Positions 9,089-21,400 of a stretch of DNA of 64,000 nucleotides are shown in pieces (position 1 is the first letter of the stretch; the number at the start of each line of letters is the position of its first letter). A program made the translations under genes and the position numbers. Origin of the DNA: a virus; IMG/VR virus record IMGVR_UViG_3300042444_000045, positions 1 through 64,000 of that record; one strand, written 5' to 3'. Below the pieces are notes generated by a model. It had not been told where the DNA came from. It ran no database searches and saw only the letters and a list, made by a program, of their open reading frames with translations.

Positions 9089-12000
9089 ATTTAGATAGAG
9101 TACCTTCAAAGGCTTTGACAGCTTCTTCAGGACTTAGAGTATATCCTGTAATACCCATCAGTTTCAAGAAATATGCCCAGGATTTGTTATCACCCTTTTC
9201 CCATATACCAGTTCTTCTTTGGTACACTGCTTTTTCAGGATCCCAAGATTGAACCAAAAATTGATCTGTAAACTTGATAGCTCTGTCAATAGTAGATGTT
9301 GCTGCAGATGGGGACTTTACAGTTCTATACGCATCACGTATACCTAGAATAGGTAAGTACTGTGTAGTCTCACTCCTCATTCTGATTGCTTGATACAACA
9401 TGAAGTTGTAGCCCCAGTTTTTCTTAAGTTCATCATCATCATCATCTATCATACCTTTTAGTGCCATAACTATTCCTGTAAGTGCTAGGATAATTGTGGC
9501 TTCCGCAATTACTCTTTTAGTCTGAGCTTTTTCAAACGGGGACATGTCTGCCCAGTTCTTTATAAGACTAGTCTTTAGAGTTACTAGGTTCTTAAGATAG
9601 AGATTCCAAAAAGTTTTATAGTAACCCTCTGTTTGTGCACCAAGTTCTTCATCAAAACCTAGATTCTTGAACCTTCTTTTGTAAGCTGGTACTAAGTACT
9701 TTCTATACATGAAAGCAAGTTTACCCAAACTGTACCTTTGAGCTGTAGCTTTATCAAAATCATTATAGATACCATGCATTCTCTTATTAAGAGCATGTAG
9801 TCTATTCATTACATTTTGTCTTTTCTGCTCAGTAAAGTCTGTTTTATTATAAACCTCATCTACACCATATTTTTCATAGGCATCTAGTAATGACATCTCC
9901 TGATTAGATTCATTGTCTATTACCATAGTAGCATCAAGGAGTGCAAACAAGTTTGATACTTGTATCTCATGTTCACCAAAGTGCTGGTTAAAGAACAATG
10001 TGTCTACTCTAAATAGTTTATTGGCTACTGAAGCAGTTACTAGTCTACCAAAGTTATCCATATACTCACCCTGCATGGGATCGTATAGATCAAATAATTT
10101 ACCACCAAGACTATCTGCAGTGAACTTACCAAAGTCTCCTAGAAAACCTGGTATAGATTTCATGTAGTATGATTTACCCCGCATAAGGTTCTTTACACTA
10201 AAGAACTCTGAGGATGCTGCTTCAATTAGTACCTGGATATTACCTTGTATATTATTGGCAACACCCTTCATTATATCAGCTGCAATACTTGTTAAAGCTG
10301 CAAAACCAATTAGACTTCCTGTAAGTTTATTTGCTGATAGACCTAGCACACTTTGTCTAGTATCCATTTCACCATAGACAATCATGTCTATAAAGTCATT
10401 TACTCTCTTAGCTGAATAAGATTCTCCCTCCTTAGTAATATATCTTTCTATACCAAGTTTCTTAGCAAGAGGATTTAATAATGGCTCTCCCTTTACATTG
10501 GTTTCAGCCACATCACGTTCACCTACTATCTTCTTGTATAGTACAACTTCAGAGTGGATATCATTTAGTGCTTTGAAGTTGTTGGACATACCAGCAAACA
10601 TTAGAGTTGATCTCATTAAGTTAAGACTAACATCTTCCGGTTTAATACTCCAGGTATAGTATACAGGAATGAACTTCTCTTTGGTACCGGCAATAGTTGC
10701 TGGACCAAACTGAGTATCACCCTCCATAAAGGTAAACTGTTCTTGAAGACGTGTTTTAATTCCCCTTCTTGGATCATCCATCATTCTCTCACCATTAGTC
10801 TTGTAGATTGCTGGTAAAAGATATCCTGGTTGTTGTGCTTCTGGTAGACCCTCTTGATATGATAGGTAAGTATCTGTTAACCACTTGTGATATTTTCCTT
10901 TAGCGTTTTTAGGCTTACCATTCTCATCATATAATTCTAACCAAGCTTTGTTTAGGAACTTATTACTTGGTTCCGTTAACTCACCCATATAGACTAGTTG
11001 GCCTGTAGCTGGATCTGTATATGCTACACTTGAGTACCACTTATCATACTCTTCTTGTGTAATAATTCTAGCATTAAGTTCTCTCTGCTTACTATTAAGG
11101 ATCTGTTGAATTTCACTAGCTGACTTTGGCTGAGTATTCTCTCTAAACCAATCTCTTCTAGCTGCTTGTCTTATTCTATATGCATCAAGTTCGGGTGGAG
11201 ATGGATTATCAGATAGTACAAATGCTTGTGGTAAATTCTGTCTCTCAGCAAAGAACTTAGACATATCATATTTCTGTACATAGGATACTCTATCTTCATA
11301 CTGAATCTGACCAGCTATTCTTATTACTCTTCCAACGGCATCTCTTTTTGGTATTCTGATTGTCTCATACAAGCCCTTATTGAGTTCAGCAGGATTATCT
11401 CTGTTACCACCTACGGCACTTACATATTCTTCAAATACTTTAGCAGCTTCTTGTTCAAGTTGTATGTTCTTGATTCTGGCATTATCCATTTCTGTCTTTA
11501 CAGCTTTTGCAAAAATTGATAGAACTGGGTCTGCTGCACTAATCATTGCTCCTGTTAAGTATTCAAAGCCTGACATGTCTCCGGATAGCTCACGTAGATA
11601 TCTTACTAGACTCTCCTTAGTTAGATTAAAACCCTTCACCTTACTGAGTCTATCTCGTAGTTTAGTTAGTTCTTTCTCTCTTACTTCATCAGATATCCTA
11701 GTATTAGCTTCTACTCTTGCAATGTCATCTTCAAGAGATTTTACTTCTACATCAAGACCCTCTCTGGCTTCAGACTTGTATGTCATTAACCAGTCAGCAA
11801 TTAATGGTATACCATATTGAGATACCTGTTGCTTAATTTGGTTTCTTACACTAATAGCATAAGTGAGTTTCTGTTGTGGAGATTTAATTCCTGCAGCTTC
11901 TTGTTCCTCCGGAGATAGATCACTAGTAAAATGCTCAAATACATCTTCTTTAGATATCTCATCAAGTAGTTCGTATCTGTTGGCAAAGTCATAAAATGCG

Positions 12001-12455
12001 ATGAGCTGATCTATTGCAGCCTTACCTGACTGCTGATTGATAGACTTTACAAATGATCTGAACTGTTTCTCTGCAATCTCAGCTTTATCATAAACGTCAT
12101 CCACAAAGAGCATAATAGACTGTACACCTTGTACATCACGGATCTGTTCTAGTAGTCTCTTGATTTCATTCTTAGTTCTCTCATAGTTCTGAACTTTTTT
12201 TCTCTGTAGTACAGCAAGCTTAGCTTCTAAGTTTAGAATTACATCATTTACTAGATCTTCAATAGGTGTTGTAGCCTTGTCAGCTTCAGTAACTTTATCT
12301 TCTTCTTCTGCCTCCGGATAATAGTTGAGATCATCACGGTCACCAAAACCCTCTCTATACCATTCTTGTTCAGCTAGTACTTCATTACCATTGTGTTTAG
12401 CCACAAGGTCTTTCCATTCCTGGCTGTTTTTATTTATGCACTTTTTAATTGACAT
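9087..12455 (-). CDS. Large virion cargo/ejection protein (1122 aa)
   Basis: Last gene of the giant-gene block next to the virion RNAP. It is helical/coiled-coil with a hydrophobic segment near the C-terminus (IIILALTGIVMAL-like) and a single Cys at residue 6. Confidence 0.6.
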   Translation of the reverse strand: MSIKKCINKNSQEWKDLVAKHNGNEVLAEQEWYREGFGDRDDLNYYPEAEEEDKVTEADKATTPIEDLVNDVILNLEAKLAVLQRKKVQNYERTKNEIKRLLEQIRDVQGVQSIMLFVDDVYDKAEIAEKQFRSFVKSINQQSGKAAIDQLIAFYDFANRYELLDEISKEDVFEHFTSDLSPEEQEAAGIKSPQQKLTYAISVRNQIKQQVSQYGIPLIADWLMTYKSEAREGLDVEVKSLEDDIARVEANTRISDEVREKELTKLRDRLSKVKGFNLTKESLVRYLRELSGDMSGFEYLTGAMISAADPVLSIFAKAVKTEMDNARIKNIQLEQEAAKVFEEYVSAVGGNRDNPAELNKGLYETIRIPKRDAVGRVIRIAGQIQYEDRVSYVQKYDMSKFFAERQNLPQAFVLSDNPSPPELDAYRIRQAARRDWFRENTQPKSASEIQQILNSKQRELNARIITQEEYDKWYSSVAYTDPATGQLVYMGELTEPSNKFLNKAWLELYDENGKPKNAKGKYHKWLTDTYLSYQEGLPEAQQPGYLLPAIYKTNGERMMDDPRRGIKTRLQEQFTFMEGDTQFGPATIAGTKEKFIPVYYTWSIKPEDVSLNLMRSTLMFAGMSNNFKALNDIHSEVVLYKKIVGERDVAETNVKGEPLLNPLAKKLGIERYITKEGESYSAKRVNDFIDMIVYGEMDTRQSVLGLSANKLTGSLIGFAALTSIAADIMKGVANNIQGNIQVLIEAASSEFFSVKNLMRGKSYYMKSIPGFLGDFGKFTADSLGGKLFDLYDPMQGEYMDNFGRLVTASVANKLFRVDTLFFNQHFGEHEIQVSNLFALLDATMVIDNESNQEMSLLDAYEKYGVDEVYNKTDFTEQKRQNVMNRLHALNKRMHGIYNDFDKATAQRYSLGKLAFMYRKYLVPAYKRRFKNLGFDEELGAQTEGYYKTFWNLYLKNLVTLKTSLIKNWADMSPFEKAQTKRVIAEATIILALTGIVMALKGMIDDDDDELKKNWGYNFMLYQAIRMRSETTQYLPILGIRDAYRTVKSPSAATSTIDRAIKFTDQFLVQSWDPEKAVYQRRTGIWEKGDNKSWAYFLKLMGITGYTLSPEEAVKAFEGTLSK

Positions 12456-12456
12456 C

Positions 12457-15400
12457 TTAACAAGTATATTTTCTAATTATTTCTTCAATCCTTTCAATCT
12501 CAGTCATACTAGTAGCATTACTGATATCTTCCATCATCTGGTAAACATTGTAGCCATCTTCTGCCATCTTGAGATCAAGGCTCATAAATACAATCATATC
12601 ATTTATGTCTTTGATAGCTTGTATTTTTCTTTCTCTTGTAACTTGTACAGTAGGTTCTAGAACACTTTCAACTTGACCTGTCTTAAGATTAATGTTTCTA
12701 AGATACATAGTTTTTCCGTCAGGACTTACAAGATCATATAGATTGTTATCATTTAGTAAGTATCTTCTACCATTAGATGCATTGAACTCCTTAGGGAAAA
12801 CATTATTATTTTCTGCTAGGTATGTATTGAACTCAGTTATTTCTGGGTTGGTCTCAGGTGAAAGTTGTCCTGTTACGGGTGCACTTGGGGCAGCTTCTCT
12901 TACAGCCGTAACGTTATTTACTGGTTCTATCTGGTAGATAAACCTAGATCTCTTACCACTAATTAGTGATGCCGATAGAATAGACCTCTTTTTAAAGTCA
13001 GCAGCATCTTTGTACCCCTCGGCCTTAGCAAACTGATCTAGAGTTCTAGTTACTACCATACCGGTTTCACTATTAGTAATTGTTACTGTACCTGTTTTAG
13101 GTTCTACTGTTGCTTCACCGAGATATGTTACTTTTACTATACCACCATTTGGCATAATGTAGTTACCATTCTCAAGTTTAGCAGTGCGGCCTGTAATAAC
13201 TTTTGTACCATTTATAATTCCATCAATGCTTTCTTGCATCATTGGAATTGACGGTAGTTCCTTGACTACAGGTTCTGTGGTAGATTTACCATTAATAAAA
13301 TCACCAAATTGTTTTAAGTCTTTTGTACTACCAAGAATGTGAATTTGTTCTGGTTCAAAGATTCCATATGATGTAGCCAAAATTGGATCCCTCATATTCT
13401 GATATACTACAGCATCATTACCCTCTTTTATAGCCGTTGCAACTTGTCTTGCTGCTATATATTGGGTAGGATATTTAGTATCTTTATATGTATCAGGGAA
13501 TGGGGAGTTCTCATAATCATGAACAAGGGGATTTTTAATATCAACAAGAACTGGCATATAGTTCTCTATGTATCCCTTCTTCTTTATTTCTTCAGCTCTA
13601 TTAGCTAGTACTTTTTTATCAGCTTCAATTGCAGACTTAAAAAACTCAGTTATTTCTTCTACAGACAGTTCACTAGAAAGGGCACGTTTGGTAGGAGTGT
13701 TTTGTTTAGCATTTCCTGATTGGACAAATAAATATCCTCTATCCTTTTCATAGTATATATTGTACTTACCACTAGAATTACTTGCATTAGTAGAGTTAAA
13801 ATCACCAAATCTAGTTTTGATTGTTGGGTCATTGCTCTTAAACTTATCTACATTTTCTAAGAAAACTGTAAATTGTTCAATTGATTGTTTAGCATTTACT
13901 GCTGAGTTAACAAACCCCGGTACATCCATAGTATCTATTCTTCTATAGATGTTCTTATTAACATCTCTGAGAATGTCAAGTATTTCTGCATTGGTCTTAC
14001 CATCAGCTTTTGCTTTTTTGATTAGATTATCAAAGAATGGAATTGTTTTTAAAAAGTTTACAGCTTCTTGAGCATCACTTGATTTTAATACAATTCTATT
14101 TAGTGCCCCACGAATACCCTCTACATAATTATATCTTCCAAGAAATGAGTAGTTAAGAGCAGTATCAATATTATCTGTAAAGAAAAAAGCATTCTCTGAA
14201 TCAGTATTAAAAGTTTCACCTCTCTTCTTGTCCGTCATTGTACCACTACCTGTATTAGACCCCCTCTTATCTTTAATAAATTCTTCAAAGAACTCATATG
14301 TTCCATGATATAGAATGTCTTTTACAGCACTGCCTGGAAAGATTGTGTTAATGTACTCAGTATATTGTTGTGGAGTACCAATTGCAGCTAGTTCAGGTCT
14401 TAGTCTAAATAATTCTTCTACACCCTGTTTGACACCAGGTTGTTCTTGGGTAGATGTAGGGAGTTTAGCAGCAACAGCTGTTTCCTCAGGATCAAATGAT
14501 GGCTCAACAGGAATTGTTACATTAGCAGGATTACCAATCTGTACAGGAGTAACCAAGAAGTTCTTAAATAACTTACGGTTGTTCTCAGAAGATACTAGTT
14601 TATCAAATATTAGATTAAGAGTCTTCTGGTTCCAGTAGTTTACTTTAAATAAATCTCCGGCATTCTTGGTAGCTGTAATAACTGTTTCTTGCGGTACTAC
14701 TTGTTCTAATCCAAACGGAGTAATTCCATTACCATGTTGGTATACAGCTATCTTTGGAAGGAGACCAAATATGGCACTGATTCTAGCATTTGCATCACCC
14801 TTAACCTTTTGAATTCTTGGGTTACCAAGTGCTCTAATATTAGCAGCATATTGACTCTTAGTACTACCATCTGCCACATCTCTGTCATTTAGAGTTAGGA
14901 GATAACTATCTCTAGAAACTCTAGCTGAAAGTTGTTCAAGTACAGGATACTCAGATCTTAAACCCGGGAACTCATCAACAAGATCAAGTATCATCTTAGT
15001 ATAAGAGTACTCAGAGTTTTTAGTAAGAGCATTTGGATTGTATACGTTCATTAGAGATACCTGATTCAGTTGTAGGTCTTTTAGACCCTGGGTCTCTTGG
15101 TATGCTCTTTCTAGAACGTATCTAATGTATTGCTCTTCTGTAGTAAACGGATCCTCACTAGAGTTAAATGGTTTTAGACCATCTCTGTTTTTATAAGCTG
15201 TACCAGCCTCTGAGTTAGCTAGATAAACTTTTTCCTTGTAGTCTCTCTTAATATTATTAAGATTGATAGTGATGCCTTCATTTGTATAGACAACATCATT
15301 GTTTAGTGCTTTGGAGTTAGTAATCTTTAACTTACGGTATTCTTCTGGTACAGAAATAAGATTACCTTTTGCATCTACAGAATTTGATAGATAGTTCTGA

Positions 15401-18400
15401 TATATAAAAGTTACTATAGCATCTTTATAAGCATCTATAAAGGCTACAACACCATCTGTACCGGTACCAAAGGATGAAAGGTCTCTTGTTGCAATGATCT
15501 CTCTGATAGCTTTATTAGTAATTTCATTGTTGACTAGGTCCATCATTGGAGCAGCAACATCAGTGATAATAGTCTTATCAAAGAGTGAGCTTACAATACT
15601 CTGACTAAATAATCTTCTTCTAGACTCTTGGTCAATCTTACTATCTTCATCTAGTAGATCTCTATTAACTTCTTCTAGGTATACTTGTTGGAAGTTATTA
15701 AAAGTCTTTGTATCCGGTTTCAACAATCTCTTCATTGCAGATAGACCCATAAGTTGCTTTTGGATCTCATAGAAGTGTAAGAACATAGCCATCTCAGATA
15801 TAATCTCTGGATTACTAAGATCATTTACATTCTTCTTACTTTCAATGATGTTCTGCATCATATCTACAGAGAAGTTACCGTCTACTCTTTCAGCCTTACT
15901 TAGAGCAAATCCAGTTGCCTCATAGTATAATTGGTTTCTTAAATCAGGAGCAAAGTATATATCAACTTTTTTTGGACCCCTTGTCTGATACACTCTCATT
16001 ATTTCAAGAGGGTTAATGTTCCCTCTCTGGATTTCTATGGCTAACTGTCTCTTATTGACATTAGTCATAATTGGTTTTGGCTTCTCAGTATAATTTTCTA
16101 CTGGTCTGAACTCAACACTGAATTCTGTGTCAGGTCTTACACCATCCATGATAGCATATAAATACTTTGCAGTATACTTATTTACTACATCTCTAGCGGA
16201 TTGGAATCTAGTAAACTGTGATGCACTTGGTGCTATACCAAGGATTGAACCATAGTCACCACCAATAAGCCTTTGCTGTTCAGCATACTCACGGATCATT
16301 GGTTGTGATACAAAGTATGCTGCATCTTTTACAGGTACACCAGCTTTAATTAAGTACAAGAATGTTGGGGCAATTTCATAATTACCCTGAATGTAGAAGA
16401 TCCACTCATCTTTCTCTACATCTACCCAACCATTCATACCCTGAGAAAATACATCAGCAATTCTATCAATACCATCAGCAGTATCAGTATCTGATATAGA
16501 AATATGGTCCCCAATTTTATTATGACGGACGTTGAGTCTCATATCATAATCAGCCGGGTTCTTAGTGTCTACAACATATCTACCATTTACATATTTAGTT
16601 GCTTTATATGTCAGTGGCATTTTACCACCGGCAGCATCAAACATTGGGCTTAGTTTGTTTTCAATAGCAGCAATACCAAGTACTGCTTTACCAACTAAAT
16701 TTTCCTCATGTTTAGCTAAGTTGTATAGTGGCTCTAATGTAGTAGTAGGGCTAAGTATCTTTTTGTTACCCTTCATGTTAATCTCACCATTCTGTTTGGT
16801 GAACTTATCATAAGTACTAACATCATCCTGCAGTTTATCAGCAAGATCTTTTAGTATATAGGTATCATTAGGTCTAACTAATGGAGCATAGTTTTCAGGT
16901 AGCTCAAGGATAGATCTAATACTATCAATAAATTGATTTTGTGTAGCAAGTTTTTGTTGCTTAATAAAGTTCTTTCTAGCTTTCTTGTCCTTGATCTTAT
17001 TTGCTTCTGCCATGAAGTCTTTATTACTAGCAGGAGCTTTATATAGATTACCATTCTTATCAATGTTAGGGAAGAATGTAGTAAGTTTATCAACGTCAAA
17101 GTCACCACCAGACTTAGCAACAATCTCTGTTGGCAGCATGATTAGGTTACTTGCTGCTGGATCTAAGAACTCATGTACTTCCATGAACTCCATAGAGTTG
17201 AGACCCTGTACAGGAATACGTACAGCAGTAAGAGTAATCTTTTTTCTGTTATCTTCAGTATCCAACCACTTTTCATTCTTGATCATCTCATTGAGTCTTT
17301 GTCTAGTCTCAATAGGCTTACCATCAATATGTTTTAGATTAAGTAAGTTTGCAAAGTCACCCTGCAGTGCAATAGCAACTTTCATTGCATTGGTCTTACC
17401 ATTTTCACCTGGGTGATAGAACGGAAGATTATTAGTTCCTAAAAACTTTTTCCTTTCTGCATCAGTTGGTTTTTCAAATCTTGGTCCACCTGTTACCAAG
17501 CCATTGCTAAATGTGCTGGCTATTTGTACAAGTGGCTCACCTTTAACATACTGTCTTACAAATCTCTTTTCTACAATAGATAATACTGTCTTTTCAATAG
17601 TCTTTCTATCTATGAAGTATGATAGGTCACCCTTAAGTGTTCCATCACTGTTTGTTTGAAGTTGTCTTAGTAAGTGCTCAGGATAGTCTTTTCTTTCTAA
17701 GTTCTCTCTGATTAATTTTAAGAACTTATCAGGTTTGCCTACTAAACGATCACCGTCCTTGTTGTACTCAATCTCATTTTCCAGTTCATATTTGAGTAGT
17801 TCAGTGTAAAAGTCTACAGTGTCTTTATACTCATTTACAATTGGTGCATAGTTCTTATTGATCAAGTCACCTTGTTGATATAGACCACTAGTAATTAGAG
17901 CTCTTAACTGTGTAGAGAATACTGTTTCACCTTTGTACTTACTGTTTACAGAAGCAGCTTCTTTTAAGAATCCGGCATGTATTGTGTTTATAGTAAACTT
18001 AATATCCTCTTTGAGAATAGTTTGAGCAGCATCTTCAAATACTATATCAGCTTTACTACCACTAGGTGCTACGTGACCCACTTTAGAACCGGATTCAAAT
18101 GTAGCATAGTGCACACCCTTTTCCATCATCTGTCTGTGTAGCGAATCCATTTGTGGACCAAATACACCTGGGATAATTGGCATAAGTGCAAACTTGTGCA
18201 TTGCAGTTACAGGAAGTACAGTGTCTTCAACAAAACCAAAGTTCTGTAATTTATACACAGGGAACATCTCAATAATCTCAGATGCTTTTATGTCCTCTCT
18301 TCTTACAATTCTTTGAAACAAATTCTCTTGAGCATCTGACCACTTGTTCTGTAGTTTTTTGTAGAGCCTATATGCATCAAAGGTAATGTACCCCTGACCA

Positions 18401-21400
18401 TCTGCTTCTTTAATCTCACCCTTAGTATATTTATCTACTTCTTTCTGTACACGCTCTTTGATTAGAGCTTCTTTATTAGGAATGTTTCTTGTCTTGTATC
18501 TTCTTTCATAATCAGCAGTAAGACCCTTACGGATTGGATCAAGATATATACTATCTCTTTGTACTTCCTGCATGATTACAGTGTTAGCATAACCCTTATA
18601 CATAATAGGAGTAATGTTTTCACTTGCTGCATATGAAGATTCACCAAGGTATTCACTAAATCTTTGTGCATCTACATCTGTTCGGAGTCTAGGTCCATTT
18701 GATATGAGACCTGAGATTCTTTTGTGTAGTTCTTGTTTCTTGTGGTCATACTGTGCAATATCACCTAAGAATAGAATACTGGTTTCCATATTGTGAATCC
18801 AGTAGTTGTACATGAAAGCTTTTACTAATGTTTTCTCTTTCTGTTCAGTAGTTAAGTTGTTTAACTTAAGTCTGTCCATGAGGGTCTTATCAATAAATGG
18901 AGCTTGCTTTAAGTAGTTATAAAGCTCATTTGTTTTATTGGTAAAGTAACCTTTGATCTCAGCCTTTATCTTCTTTGCTAATTCCGGATCTGTTTTAAGA
19001 TAGTCTTGTAATCTAGTACCAGGACTCTTAACTTTTTCTAGAATTTCATTTTGAGTGTCTTCAGTTAGTATACCATCAAAGTAGTTAAATGATTGACCAA
19101 AGGTCTTACCATTCTTAAACTCTCTATTGTAACCAACATAGTTCTTAGCCTCAGAACTTTCATTGTAGATATTAATTCTCTTGAGCTCAGAAGATAGATA
19201 CGGGATCATGATACCTTCTATAATATCAGCTTCACCAGCTGTATTTGGCTGCAGTGAGTTAATATCAACATATAAGTGCTGATCTATTTTACCTATAGCA
19301 TTAGTAGCAATACCACCATCTATTCTCCAACCAAAAGATGAACTCTTAGATCCCGGACGCATTAATTCTATTCTACCGGTCTTTAAGAAAGTGTGCATAT
19401 CTTGGATAAACTTACCTCTCTTATCTAGAGAAGTAGTGTTTGAACCTGTAACAGCACCATCTCTGATATTACCATATGGGTCAATGATACTATTAACTGT
19501 TTGGGTACCGGAGATCATTTCAACTGAAATAGATCTACCAGGTCTTTGAGACCCTTCTGGTAAGAACATTGATCTAATTGCAAGTGATGACTCTGCAAAT
19601 GGATTCATACTGGGATCAAGATGTCTTGCAGTTGATCCAAACTTGTACATGTCAGTTCTTTGTAGTGCAGTGTTTATACTGTCTGTAATAACAGTCAGTG
19701 AACTATCATTGACATGCTCATTAACTCTATTCTTCTCAGGATTCTGTACTGAGAATGTAGATGCTGTAGAACCCAGTTTGTTCTGTAGGTTTACAATTCT
19801 ATCAATCTGAGTGCTTTGTTTGGAACCCTTTTCAAATACAAAGCTGTTTTTTAAACCTATTACTCCAGGATCTATACCAGCTCTAAGAGTGCTAATTGGA
19901 TTTCTCATGAAGTTATTGAGAACTCTTCTTGCTCCATCTGTCATTGATCCAGCTTTCTGAGCATTGTTTAGATCTCTAATAGTATCAAATATGTAGTTGA
20001 CACCAAAATACTTTCTATTATTTGGATCAGATAGTTCTTCTTTAATCTTACCAAGGTCATCAAGATTGAAGCCCATAGCATTTAAGAACAAGAACTCACT
20101 ACCTGATTTGAACTCACCAGATTTATCTGAGAACTGTTGGACAATAGCATCTAGTTTTAAAGTGGTATTGTTATCAGAATCTCTTCTAGTAAATGCACTA
20201 TCTAGTCTTGCTGCAAAACTTGCCTCAAACTTACGGATAGTATTACCAATATCAGTTGATGCATTAGTTACTTCTACTCCAGTTGTTTCAGAGTTAGTTA
20301 CTATTGTATTCCCTTTACTATCAAATGTTTCATACTGATTTCTAAATACAGTAAGCTGCATGTATGGTACACGTGGTAAACTAAATACTGACCAGAAAGA
20401 TGTAACAATACCAAATGATCTCATCGGATTACCTACTGTACCTTCTGCACGAATTGATTGTGGGTTTGGAAGTCTATACTTAATAAGTTGTTCTAGTTCA
20501 GGATATGTACGAGCAGCTTCTTGAATGTTCTTGAACATCTGTCTAGGATCCTTAGTACTATTTGTTGCTCTTACAACAGCATTCCAAACCTTCTTATAAT
20601 TTGCAAGTTTCTTGTATCCAAGCTTATTGTACTCATATACTGGTTTTCCTTTAGAGTCTCTTGTAACTGCAAATAAACTTTTGAGAATATAAACTACTTC
20701 TTTATCTGCAATCTCTAGTAGATTTACATCAGCACCTTTATCAAAGTTCTGAGCTTTAGTTGCATCTAGTTGAGCATCTTCATCTTGGGTATCATTTTCT
20801 GGATCAGTTTCTTGGATCCTTACTTTTTTAGTCATTATATTAAATGATGACTTTTCTTTAAAGTACTCAATAACTTTTTCCCAATTATCTCTTGCAGATT
20901 GTAGGATTCTTAGATTGTCTAGAAGCACAGCCTGATCATAGTCAACTTCAAAAGCATCTACAGTTCTATCATGAAAGAGTTCAATATCTGTAAATGAGTC
21001 TTCCTCAGCATCCTTATAAGCATCAAACTGAGCTTGAGCTTCTTCTATTGAGTTTACAATAATAATATCAACTGCATCCTTGTCTTTAGACTTAATAGTC
21101 TTGTGGCTATAGTAGTCACCTATGATTTCAATAGTACCTTTATATAGTTCACCCTTTATTCTCTCACCACTCTTGGTATCCAGATTAAGGTTGCTGAAAT
21201 CTTCTACCTGACCTTTTAAGAAGATATACTTGTCATCTCCCTCAGAACTTCTAATGATAGCAATAGCATTGTCTTCAAGGTTCTGAAGAGTTTCAAATGA
21301 GTTGAATGAGACAGTAGGTTTTACATTAAGTTGACCTTGTATGTTTTCAATATCTTTTAAGAACTTCTTTTTTGCAAAATCAAAGAACTGGCTCTTGTTA

